Shown here: positions 49,372 through 59,450 of the stretch, in pieces
Layout of the letters: each line of letters opens with the position of its first letter
Position numbering within the stretch: position 1 is the first letter of the stretch
Program-made: the position numbers and the translations under genes
Source of the DNA: Clostridia bacterium
Lineage (GTDB): Bacteria > Bacillota > Clostridia > UMGS1883
DNA length: 61,220 bases
Reading direction: 5' to 3'
NCBI GenBank assembly: GCA_045591865.1
Contig: JAZNTQ010000074.1
Span: 1-61,220, forward strand
The notes under the pieces: generated by a model
What the model saw: only the letters and a program-made list of their open reading frames with translations
Told to the model about the DNA's origin: nothing
The model's database searches: none

Positions 49372-50109
49372 TTACAGTGTGCCTCTTATGTAGTTTGCCA
49401 TCTTTTTGCAAAGGTAGTAGACATTTTTATCGCTCTGGCATTTCTCAATCCAGAGTTTTCCATCCGTCACTATGCCTTTGTTCATAAGCTCCCATATAAT
49501 GTCATTTATTTTGTCGATACTTTTAAGAGTCTCCTTCTCTTCACCTATAAGCGGAAGAAGATTTTTCTCAAATGCTTCTCTCGTGTTCCCCCCGAAAAAG
49601 TCCGTCCCGGGGCAGGTTTTACACGATTTTGCAGGAACATAATCGCAAAGTTCTTTACCTCCGCTTGTCCACCAGGAATGGTATGTTACAGCGTTTTTTG
49701 CATCAAGGCCAAACTTTTTTATAAGACACTTTGTTGCACGGATAATTGCTTCTCTCTGCGCACTTGTCATACTATCTGCCCCAGCATCAAAATTACCAAG
49801 ACACTCTATTGATATCGCTCCCGTATTCGCACCCTTTATTCCTGCAGGCACCATTTCAATACTGCGCCCCGACACGATAACTCCATCGGGGAAAATTGTA
49901 AAATGCTGGGCAATATCACTCCATCCGTTAGTTTTTATGTGATAGCCTCGCATGGCACTCTGAAGCGCAATATGATTCTCCCCCGTAAACTGCTTATAAC
50001 TGGGAGAATACGTGTGGTGAAGCTGAATACGTTTTATCATTCGCAGAACGCTCAATGAGTTTATGTATTTCTCAAATTGCTGTATGCTGAAAGTTCTAAA
50101 ATCACTCAT
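49372..50109 (-). CDS. phage endolysin, N-acetylmuramoyl-L-alanine amidase (Amidase_2/PGRP type)
   Basis: IQLHHTYSPSY...GWSDIAQHFTIFPDG...GANTGAISIECLGNFD. ATG 50109 with GGAGGGA RBS. Confidence 0.85.
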   Translation of the reverse strand: MSDFRTFSIQQFEKYINSLSVLRMIKRIQLHHTYSPSYKQFTGENHIALQSAMRGYHIKTNGWSDIAQHFTIFPDGVIVSGRSIEMVPAGIKGANTGAISIECLGNFDAGADSMTSAQREAIIRATKCLIKKFGLDAKNAVTYHSWWTSGGKELCDYVPAKSCKTCPGTDFFGGNTREAFEKNLLPLIGEEKETLKSIDKINDIIWELMNKGIVTDGKLWIEKCQSDKNVYYLCKKMANYIRGTL

Positions 50110-50151
50110 ATTAAATCCCTCCGTTATTATCTTATTCACGCCTTTTTTGGG

Positions 50152-50592
50152 TTATTCCCTGCCGCTTTCATTTTCGGGAATTTCCTTACCGAGTGCTTCA
50201 AGCGCCTTTTTAAGAAAATCTGGGTATTTTATTCCCATAAGGGCAAGATTTTCGATAATGCTGAGTCCCTCATTTCCCAAAAAGAAGAATATTGTGGCGT
50301 TTCTTATGTAATGAGTGCCGCTTATCTCGTCCACCCTTACCGCAAGCGCCACCAGAAGAAGCACACACACTTTTTTTACTATTCCCTTGTAGCCTACCTG
50401 ACTGGATGCGCCGCCGTTTTTTGTTTTCTGCGACTTGTGAAAGACGAGCGCCACTGTCATTCCCGTTATGTAGTCAACCGCCATAAACATAACCAGCGCC
50501 TTAAGAAAAGAGTCCCAGCCTCCGAATGTTTCTGTCAGAACGCTCCCCAACCCTGCAAGTGCTATTAAAATCACGTTTTTGATGTTTGCCAT
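50152..50592 (-). CDS. phage holin (phi LC3 / TcdE-like holin family)
   Basis: MANIKNVILIALAGLG...MFMAVDYITGM...GNEGLSIIENLALMG. ATG 50592 with AAAGGAGGTG RBS. Confidence 0.8.
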   Translation of the reverse strand: MANIKNVILIALAGLGSVLTETFGGWDSFLKALVMFMAVDYITGMTVALVFHKSQKTKNGGASSQVGYKGIVKKVCVLLLVALAVRVDEISGTHYIRNATIFFFLGNEGLSIIENLALMGIKYPDFLKKALEALGKEIPENESGRE

Positions 50593-50773
50593 ATTTACAC
50601 CTCCTTTGCTTGGAGACAGGTCGTTTTTGTTACGCCTGCGGCTTACAAAATCTCTCACTACGGCTCGGTCACGACTCGGCTCTGACAGTCCACAGGACTG
50701 TCATTCACTACCTCGTCGCCGCTCCGCTACCCCGTCCCCTATTTTCTTGTCATTCTGAGTAAAGCGAAGAACC
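50593..50773. repeat. GC-rich repeat-like non-coding spacer inside the prophage
   Basis: 21-nt perfect palindrome TGACAGTCC-ACA-GGACTGTCA (50683-50703). CCCCGTCCCC core (50730-50739). GTCATTCTGAGTAAAGCGAAGAACC (50749-50773). Confidence 0.45.
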
Positions 50774-52081
50774 TCACTCCACCCTCTTATATTCACCGCC
50801 TATTTTTGCGGTAATCTCTGTGTTAATCTCATAAATCGTTGTCCCTCTGAATGTGGGAAGAGAGGGAAGATCTATTTCTTCCTCCCTTACAGAGTCTTCG
50901 TAAACTGCAGTAAGGGGTGTGCCCTCATCATTCCACGCTTTAAGCTGTGCTTCCCACTCCTCTATTTCTGGAACTGTCTGTGCAGGGGTTACACAGAAAT
51001 AGCTTCCGGCCTGTAAAGCGGCACCTATAATTCTCTCTCCCTCGGCGCGCCTTATGTTGGCTGCTATATTCTCCCATGTATAGGAGACATAGCGGTTATT
51101 CAGCAGGTGGCATACATTTGAATCAAGACCTTTAACGCTCCCGCACGAGCAGTACAATCTGTAATCCTGCCTGTACCAGATTTCATCGCCTGTAAATACT
51201 TTGAAATTGACATTTCTTATGATTCTTCCGTTTTCAAAGTCGATAAAATCCTCTTTATCCCCAATTCTGCGAAGGGGCTCTTCAAGATAAATGTCAATGC
51301 TTTGAGGCTCTTTGTATTCCTCATATTCCGTATCTGTATCTCCATACTCAATTTGAATATTTTCTATTTTTACAGTGTTGGAATTAAGGGCGAACGCGGG
51401 GTAATAAATCTTCGGTGCTTCAATGTCGGGAATGGTAAATTTACACGAAATACGTTTTGTTTCATTCAGTTTTACCGTTACGGCTTTTAAAGTATATTTA
51501 GCGTTGCCGCCGTCCCTCGAATAGAGCAGTATGCTCGGGACATAGTTGTCATCCTGCCTTAATTCAAGCAGGGTTACATCTGCTGATACAGTAACAATAT
51601 CTCCGCTCTTCAATTCAGGGCAAATTCCGCTTGCGGCAGTATATCCCGGGCGAAACCATCCTCTGGCATACGCCCCTGTAAGCGCATTCTCCGCTATATT
51701 TCCCTGCACGATTGCTCCGTTTTTAAAGACATCAATGGTATTGCCGTTGGCGATTGCTGAATCTATAAACTTAAAAAGATTTTTTCCTCTTGCAGTTACA
51801 CCGATTTTGTACTTTCCGCTGTGCTCTTCTTCTGTTACAAGGCCTCCCACACTTTTAACCTCTATCGGGCTTTCGGGAGAGGGTGCGCCATCTTGTACAC
51901 TATTGCCTGTTATCTGTGCGCTATGAAGCTTATCGTTATAGCAATTTTCAAGCGTTATCCCGCCTTCGCCTTCAAATGCCTCTTTGGTATATCCTGCAAT
52001 TCTCGTACTTCCCTTGTAAAGCTCGGAAGGGTGGAAATCGCCTTTTACAATCTGCGCTCTGTTTTCATTTACATAAATCAT
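50774..52081 (-). CDS. putative phage tail fibre / receptor-binding protein
   Basis: 435 aa. Position between the fibre and holin genes. ITGNSVQDGAPSPESPIEVKSVG motif as I recall from Firmicute phage fibre proteins. No firm family call. Confidence 0.5.
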   Translation of the reverse strand: MIYVNENRAQIVKGDFHPSELYKGSTRIAGYTKEAFEGEGGITLENCYNDKLHSAQITGNSVQDGAPSPESPIEVKSVGGLVTEEEHSGKYKIGVTARGKNLFKFIDSAIANGNTIDVFKNGAIVQGNIAENALTGAYARGWFRPGYTAASGICPELKSGDIVTVSADVTLLELRQDDNYVPSILLYSRDGGNAKYTLKAVTVKLNETKRISCKFTIPDIEAPKIYYPAFALNSNTVKIENIQIEYGDTDTEYEEYKEPQSIDIYLEEPLRRIGDKEDFIDFENGRIIRNVNFKVFTGDEIWYRQDYRLYCSCGSVKGLDSNVCHLLNNRYVSYTWENIAANIRRAEGERIIGAALQAGSYFCVTPAQTVPEIEEWEAQLKAWNDEGTPLTAVYEDSVREEEIDLPSLPTFRGTTIYEINTEITAKIGGEYKRVE

Positions 52082-52093
52082 ATTTCCACCGCC

Positions 52094-53611
<1,518 letters not shown>

Positions 53612-53628
53612 ATTTCTCCTCCATTTTC

Positions 53629-53667
53629 TAAAAAAACAACCCCCCAGTATAGAATACCAGGGGGTTT
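53629..53667 (-). terminator. intrinsic terminator of the nfnAB cassette
   Basis: Read on the minus strand: AACCCCCTGGTATTCTATACTGGGGGGTT hairpin followed by GTTTTTTT, ending about 10 nt before the RBS of the next phage gene. Confidence 0.75.
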
Positions 53668-53697
53668 GCCGAAAGTCGTTACACTTTTGTGCTTTTT

Positions 53698-55092
53698 TTA
53701 ATTTTTTTTGTTTTTGATATATTCATCAATAGCCGCTGCCGCTTTTTTGCCTGCTCCCATAGCGAGAATTACGGTAGCCGCGCCCGTTACGGCGTCGCCT
53801 CCTGCAAAGACACCCTCGCGAGAGGTTCTTCCGTCCTCACCGTCAGTCACGATACAGCCGTGCCTGTTGGTTTCAAGGCCTTTGGTTGTCTTATGAATAA
53901 GCGGATTTGGACTTGTGCCGATTGACATAATGACAGTATCAAGCTCTATTACAAACTCACTGTCTTCCACGGTGACAGGTCTTCTTCTGCCGCTTTCATC
54001 AGGCTCGCCAAGCTCCATTTTTACGCACTTTATTCCCGTGACATTTCCTTTTTCGTCGCCAAGAATTTCGACGGGATTGGTGAGAGTCTTAAAGATAATA
54101 CCCTCTTCCTCTGCATGCTCTATTTCTTCTTTTCGTGCAGGAAGCTCTTCCATACCTCTGCGATAGACTATGTAAACCTCGTCTGCACCGAGTCTCATAG
54201 CGCTTCTTGCCGCGTCCATAGCAACATTTCCACCGCCGACAACTGCTACTCGGTTGCTCTTTTTGATAGGAGTTTTACTGTCGTTTTGATATGCTTTCAT
54301 AAGATTTATACGGGTAAGGTACTCATTGGCACTGTAAACACCATTGAGCGCTTCTCCCTTGATATTCATAAACCTCGGAAGTCCTGCACCTCCTGCAATA
54401 TAGACCGCCTCATAACCTTCCTCAAAAAGCTCGTCTACAGTAATGGTCTTTCCGATAACTATATTAGTCTTTATCAAAACTCCCATATCCTCGAGCTTTT
54501 TAATTTCGTCACGCACGATATCTTTGGGAAGACGGAATTCGGGAATTCCGTAAACAAGCACTCCGCCTGCGGTGTGAAGAGCCTCAAAAACTGTTACCTC
54601 ATAGCCCATTTTTGCAAGGTCGCCTGCGGCGGTAAGTCCTGAAGGACCTGCACCGACAACTGCTACCTTAAGACCATTTGACACGCACTTTTCCGCCTTT
54701 TTTGCATAATGCTCTCTGTAATAGTCGGCAACAAATCGCTCAAGTCTGCCGATGGCAACACTCTCGCCCTTGATAGCGCGAACACAGACGCTTTCACACT
54801 GGCTTTCCTGCGGGCACACTCTTCCGCATACCGCAGGAAGCGCACTTTCTCTTGAGATAATCTCGTATGCTCCCTTAATATCTTCGTTTGCAAGCCTTTC
54901 GATGAAGGCAGGAATGTCGATTGCTACGGGGCATTTGCTCTGGCAGGGCTTCGTCTTGCAGTTAAGGCAACGCTTTGCCTCGTTTATTGCCATTTCGTAG
55001 GTGTAGCCCGTCGCAACCTCCTTAAAGTTTCTGCTTCTCACTTTGGGGTCCTGCGAAGGCATGGGACACTTTTTAATATCCATATTAGGCAT
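53698..55092 (-). CDS. nfnB: NADPH-dependent glutamate-synthase-small-chain-like Fe-S flavoprotein (NfnB / SudA / homotetrameric GltA type)
   Basis: N-terminal cysteine clusters CLNCKTKPCQSKCP and CGRVCPQESQCESVC; two dinucleotide folds VAVVGAGPSG and VAVVGGGNVAMD; 464 aa. Confidence 0.85.
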   Translation of the reverse strand: MPNMDIKKCPMPSQDPKVRSRNFKEVATGYTYEMAINEAKRCLNCKTKPCQSKCPVAIDIPAFIERLANEDIKGAYEIISRESALPAVCGRVCPQESQCESVCVRAIKGESVAIGRLERFVADYYREHYAKKAEKCVSNGLKVAVVGAGPSGLTAAGDLAKMGYEVTVFEALHTAGGVLVYGIPEFRLPKDIVRDEIKKLEDMGVLIKTNIVIGKTITVDELFEEGYEAVYIAGGAGLPRFMNIKGEALNGVYSANEYLTRINLMKAYQNDSKTPIKKSNRVAVVGGGNVAMDAARSAMRLGADEVYIVYRRGMEELPARKEEIEHAEEEGIIFKTLTNPVEILGDEKGNVTGIKCVKMELGEPDESGRRRPVTVEDSEFVIELDTVIMSIGTSPNPLIHKTTKGLETNRHGCIVTDGEDGRTSREGVFAGGDAVTGAATVILAMGAGKKAAAAIDEYIKNKKN

Positions 55093-55093
55093 A

Positions 55094-55936
55094 TCAAAGC
55101 ACCTCCTTATTTAAGAGGTTGCAATTATCCTCGCGTCTTTTCTGCTCGAAGTCTTTGTAAATTCCGCTTCTGGAAATCGCCTCGTCAAAATCAACCTGGT
55201 GTCCGTCAAAATCAGGACCGTCAACACAGGCAAACTTTGTTTCTCCGCCTACGGTGAGTCGGCATCCGCCGCACATTCCCGTACCATCTACCATAATGGG
55301 ATTCATTGAAACGGTGGTCTTAATGCCATACTTTTTTGTAAGAAGGCTCACAAACTTCATCATAACAAGAGGTCCTATTGCGATAACCTCGTCGTACTCA
55401 TTTCCGTCTTTGATAAGCTTTTCAAGAGCCTCTGTTACTAGTCCCTTCTCGCCATAGCTTCCGTCATCGGTCATTATTTTAAGAGTCTGGCTTACCTCTT
55501 TAAATTCGTCCTCTAAAATAACGAGGTCCTTATTTCTGAAACCTGTAACGCTATGCACAACAGCCCCGTTTTGATGGAGTTTCTTCGCGACGGGATATGC
55601 TATCGCGCAACCCACGCCGCCTCCCACAACGCAAACCTTTTTAAGATTGTCAAGGTCACTGGGAGTGCCGAGAGGTCCTACAAAATCGCAGATATAATCA
55701 CCCTTTGAAAGAGAATTAAGCTCCATAGTAGCTTCTCCTACAATCTGGAAAATGATTGTAACTGTTCCCTTTTCGCGGTCGTAGTCTGCAATTGTGAGCG
55801 GAACGCGCTCGCTGTCTTCTTTTGTTCTGAAAATTATAAACTGCCCTGCCTCTGCCTTTCTGGCAACGAGGGGTGCTTCTATTACCATCTTTGTGACAGT
55901 GGGGTTCAGCACTGTTTTTTCAGTAATTCTGTACAT
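55094..55936 (-). CDS. nfnA: ferredoxin-NADP+ reductase-type FAD/[2Fe-2S] subunit (NfnA / SudB)
   Basis: MYRITEKTVLNP...; C-terminal MVDGTGMCGGCR...CVDGP cluster motif. ATG 55936 after AGGGTG preferred over the track's GTG at 55945. Confidence 0.85.
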   Translation of the reverse strand: MYRITEKTVLNPTVTKMVIEAPLVARKAEAGQFIIFRTKEDSERVPLTIADYDREKGTVTIIFQIVGEATMELNSLSKGDYICDFVGPLGTPSDLDNLKKVCVVGGGVGCAIAYPVAKKLHQNGAVVHSVTGFRNKDLVILEDEFKEVSQTLKIMTDDGSYGEKGLVTEALEKLIKDGNEYDEVIAIGPLVMMKFVSLLTKKYGIKTTVSMNPIMVDGTGMCGGCRLTVGGETKFACVDGPDFDGHQVDFDEAISRSGIYKDFEQKRREDNCNLLNKEVL

Positions 55937-55967
55937 TTTTTTCACCCTTTAACTTGAATTAAAGTTT

Positions 55968-55996
55968 ATTATACTCTCCTTTTTTGGCTTTTGCAA
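55968..55996 (-). promoter_or_regulatory. consensus sigma-A promoter of the nfnAB cassette
   Basis: Read on the minus strand: TTGCAA (55996-55991), 17-nt spacer, TATAAT (55973-55968), about 30 nt upstream of the nfnA ATG. Confidence 0.65.
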
Positions 55997-56039
55997 GTTT
56001 TTTGGGGTAATATAGGGGTTGTTTTTTGTAAATTATTAG

Positions 56040-57101
56040 TTATTTGTTGTACATTTTATACTGTTGTGCCTTTTTGTAGTCGTAGTCAATGGTATGAGTG
56101 CCTGCGGGGAGCCCGAGTATCTTTGCACTTTCCTCGTCAAGATAACCCAGCTTTTCCCACTTTCGGAGTGCAGTTTCTATTTTTTCCTGCTCGTTTTCAT
56201 ACTTTTGCTGCTCCCATTTGTTGCTGTTTTCAAGAGCCTCGTTTTCAAGCTTCTTCATAAGGTACTCGTATTCAAGCTCGCTTTCCCTATCGGTCTTCTC
56301 GTAATCTCTCTCATCAGTGAATTTTTTATATTCAAATTCCCTGTCCTTATTGTACTGGTTAAGACTGTCGAGATAACGCGCATACTCATTTTCTTCCAGA
56401 TCGGCAAGAATTTTTACGTTATCCTCTAAAAGACCGATTTCGTCTAAATACCTTTCGTAGGCATCCTGATAAAGCTCGGGAATTTTATCGGTGAGCTTCT
56501 CATTATAGTAATTTCTGCTCTGCGCTGCCGCACCTGCGGCGTAGCTTGAGATAACGCCTCCTGTATTAGCCGCAAGCTCTCCCAAAAGGTCCTCCATGGC
56601 ACGGTTTCCCTCACGGATATACTGCTTTCGGTAGTATTCGTAGAGGTCATCCTCATAGGGATTATAGCTGAATTTTTTTACATTCTCGAGCTTTTCGAGC
56701 AATCTCTCAAGCTGCGAGCTGTAATTTCCCACATATTCAGGAGCATCCTTTTTATAGGAGAAGTTTCCGCTCCCCATGATATATTTTATTGCCTCTTCAT
56801 ACACGTCATCTGCGGCGTATTTTGTAAGCCCTATTGTGCCCTTTGCCTTGTTGACACGCTTTTGAAGTGTACCCGCTACAGCGCTTTTTGAGGCACCGCT
56901 CTCCATCTGACTACGCAAAACATCAGAATAGTCCGTCTTGTCGAGCCATCCGCTGTAGTGATTTGTTTTTTTGTAGTTTAAGTTTTCACCGTCTATCTTT
57001 TCGTTTCGGCTTTTTTCGTAAAGCGCAGCGTTTTCATAGTCGCCCCTCTTTACAGCCTCATCTATTTTTTCCTGATAGTCGATTTCCTTGTTATAGCTCA
57101 T
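56040..57101 (-). CDS. phage hypothetical protein, charged/coiled-coil rich (353 aa)
   Basis: MSYNKEIDYQEKIDEAVKRGDYEN...; ATG 57101 with GGGGAGG RBS. The track start 57218 is an extension. Confidence 0.5.
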   Translation of the reverse strand: MSYNKEIDYQEKIDEAVKRGDYENAALYEKSRNEKIDGENLNYKKTNHYSGWLDKTDYSDVLRSQMESGASKSAVAGTLQKRVNKAKGTIGLTKYAADDVYEEAIKYIMGSGNFSYKKDAPEYVGNYSSQLERLLEKLENVKKFSYNPYEDDLYEYYRKQYIREGNRAMEDLLGELAANTGGVISSYAAGAAAQSRNYYNEKLTDKIPELYQDAYERYLDEIGLLEDNVKILADLEENEYARYLDSLNQYNKDREFEYKKFTDERDYEKTDRESELEYEYLMKKLENEALENSNKWEQQKYENEQEKIETALRKWEKLGYLDEESAKILGLPAGTHTIDYDYKKAQQYKMYNK

Positions 57102-57279
57102 TGTCCTCCCCCTTGTAAAATTTTGTTTTTGTGATGTCCAGCTCGATAACATTACTGCTGTCAAGATGCGACAGTATGTATTCAAGCTCATCGTGACTTG
57201 TACGCAGATAGTTTTCAATCATTCTTATCTGCTCATCAGCGCTTTTACCTGCAAGGTCTCCAAGCTTCGTAAGAATCAC
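57091..57279 (-). CDS. small phage hypothetical protein (62 aa)
   Basis: GTG start 5 nt after GAGGTGG. 11-nt overlap with the downstream gene. Confidence 0.45.
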   Translation of the reverse strand: MILTKLGDLAGKSADEQIRMIENYLRTSHDELEYILSHLDSSNVIELDITKTKFYKGEDNEL

Positions 57280-57289
57280 TTATACCACC

Positions 57290-59068
57290 TCAATTTACGG
57301 AAAATTCTCTGACAATCGAGTTTATTACGCTCTTGCCTTTACCCGAAAGTCTTATCTGCGCCTCGTGGCATCCTTTTAATGAGCAAGGGATATTTATGTA
57401 CTTCTTTTCGTCTCCATAGGAAGTATTTATGCATCTGAAAATGCCATCGTCTCCCTTTATTTCCGTGCGGATATACGCACCCCTCCAAAGCTCGGCACAG
57501 ATATGGATGCGGCTATAGTTTTTCGTCTTGTAATAGCCTTCGTCAAACGGACGAAGCGTCATACTCCACTCTACGTCCTCATCGGTTTCCCTTCTTATTA
57601 TGCTTATACCCTGCTCGTTTAAGCGGTACACGTCCTCGCCGAAACACAGATAATCAATTGTGTTTTCTATGCCCGTTTTACTCCACAGATTTTTCTCGCT
57701 GTCCCAGATAAATTCCTCACGGGAAGTTTCTGTATCTGCCGTGAGGTAATAGTTTCTTCCGTCGCTTGTACCGACTGCTTTTTTGAGGGAAATATCACCG
57801 AGCTTGTCGGAAATTCTCTGTGGCGAGCCTCCATAATAAATATAGACGCCCCCGTTTCCCTTGTAGACAAGCTTTCCGCCTACATTCGCGATGCTTTTCT
57901 CATCGTCCTTCAAAATTCCGCCCTTAAAACTTTCCGAAAGCTGAAAATTCGACGGACGCGTGCCAAAAAGTCTGTAGCAGACATCTTCTTTAAAAAAGAG
58001 GCACCCGTTTCCGTAGACGGTGCAGGCAGTGAAATCTCCTGCTGAGTTGCTTTCTACGGTAAAACTGTCGGTTGAGAGATTCTGATACTTGAAAAAGTTT
58101 GTTGCATCTCCGAGTGCGGACGCGTATATGGTATTTTTTTCGCATCCCCAAAGCCTGTTTTCATAGGTGCACACGCAGGTAAAATCAGGAATTTTTCTCT
58201 GGATTGTAATATTCCCGTTGTCATTTCCTGCGGTAAATGTTCCCTCGGCAAAGGTGAGCGAGGTGTCGGTTTTAGATATAATAGTGGCACTTTTATTGTT
58301 ATCCTTTATATCAGTACAACCCTCTATCTCGACAACATCTCCCTCTCGAAAGCCCCCAAAAATATTTTCCATAAGGTTTTCCACGGTTACCTTTTCACTT
58401 GTGACGCTGTACTCTTCAGTATCTTCCAAATACAAGGCACTCTGAATAATTAAGTACTCGTTTTTATTGCATCCTTCGTTGTAGATATCTCCCTCCGAAA
58501 GCTCTGAAGGATTTTTGAGTGAGGCTTTTCCAAGCACAACCTTACCCTCTGACACCGTGGCAGCGTCAAAGATTACAAGCTTCATATCCCTTGGAAAGCT
58601 CTGCTTATCAATTCTTCGGCTTTCCTTTATATGCACCGCGGGGACGCTGATTGTATCGCTCGTAAAGGTTGTAGTTACACCCTGCGTGCAGGCAAGGGCA
58701 CGAAGGTCTCCAACCTCTCCCGCCTGTGTGTCATAATACACTTTATCGGGAAAGACAAGGATTTTCTTCCCGAGAACTGCAAGCTGCTTTTCGCCAGAGG
58801 TGAGAGTGGCGACCTTTTTGCGGTCATAGTAGAGTGCATCATTTGTGGCGACGCACTCCTTGTCGGCAAAAACTGCCGCTGATGGAGACTGGCACTCAAA
58901 GACCGTCTCACTCTTAAAGCGCTGCGTGATTGCAGGAAACATTCTGTGAGAAATTGCATAAGCATCCTCAAGCTCGCCCTCCTGAAAATCCTTCGTGAGA
59001 TTTATTCCTCCAAAGGTCACTATGCTTCTTTTGTAGCGGTTTTCTTTTTTTATGACTGGAAGATGCAT
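57290..59068 (-). CDS. large phage structural protein (tail/nozzle-like; family not recognised with confidence)
   Basis: 592 aa from MHLPVIKKENRYKRSIVTFGGINLT. Repeated beta-strand-rich segments. Position is in the tail module. Confidence 0.45.
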   Translation of the reverse strand: MHLPVIKKENRYKRSIVTFGGINLTKDFQEGELEDAYAISHRMFPAITQRFKSETVFECQSPSAAVFADKECVATNDALYYDRKKVATLTSGEKQLAVLGKKILVFPDKVYYDTQAGEVGDLRALACTQGVTTTFTSDTISVPAVHIKESRRIDKQSFPRDMKLVIFDAATVSEGKVVLGKASLKNPSELSEGDIYNEGCNKNEYLIIQSALYLEDTEEYSVTSEKVTVENLMENIFGGFREGDVVEIEGCTDIKDNNKSATIISKTDTSLTFAEGTFTAGNDNGNITIQRKIPDFTCVCTYENRLWGCEKNTIYASALGDATNFFKYQNLSTDSFTVESNSAGDFTACTVYGNGCLFFKEDVCYRLFGTRPSNFQLSESFKGGILKDDEKSIANVGGKLVYKGNGGVYIYYGGSPQRISDKLGDISLKKAVGTSDGRNYYLTADTETSREEFIWDSEKNLWSKTGIENTIDYLCFGEDVYRLNEQGISIIRRETDEDVEWSMTLRPFDEGYYKTKNYSRIHICAELWRGAYIRTEIKGDDGIFRCINTSYGDEKKYINIPCSLKGCHEAQIRLSGKGKSVINSIVREFSVN

Positions 59069-59072
59069 CCTC

Positions 59073-59450
59073 TCACCCCGCAATCGTGTAATCTGCCGTG
59101 GGCGGCATATTGTTTCTTATATAGTTTTTGCGAAACTCACTGTAGGCCTCTTCAAAAAGAATTGCGCTTGCGCTGTAGTTTGCCATTTCACCGCTGAAAA
59201 AATCACTCATAGCGATAATATAAAGTGTGTAAATATTATCGTAGGGCGCTTTTACCACAAGCTCCTTTTCCCCGTCTTCGGGAAGCTTATAGGGAGTGAA
59301 ACCTTCTTTGTGCATCGTTTCACGCATTATCTTCCCGTCAAGCTCACCAAGCCATCTTACCTTGATTGAGTCGGGGATTGTGTCGGGATGGAGCTTTAGC
59401 GCTTCTTCTATAACAAAGTTTATCGTCACAGCGATGCACACTCCTTCCAC
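59073..59450 (-). CDS. phage hypothetical protein (about 118-125 aa)
   Basis: ORF translationally coupled to its neighbours. Alternative GTG at 59429 overlaps the upstream TGA (GTGA). Confidence 0.45.
   Translation of the reverse strand: MEGVCIAVTINFVIEEALKLHPDTIPDSIKVRWLGELDGKIMRETMHKEGFTPYKLPEDGEKELVVKAPYDNIYTLYIIAMSDFFSGEMANYSASAILFEEAYSEFRKNYIRNNMPPTADYTIAG

Noticed and set aside
50633-50641. The 9-mer CGCCTGCGG is shared between the prophage spacer and tRNA-Arg (5221-5229), suggesting a possible att core
   Set aside because: Nine bases is within chance expectation for a 61-kb window. The position in the phage (between fibre and holin) is not where attP sits. There is no integrase nearby.
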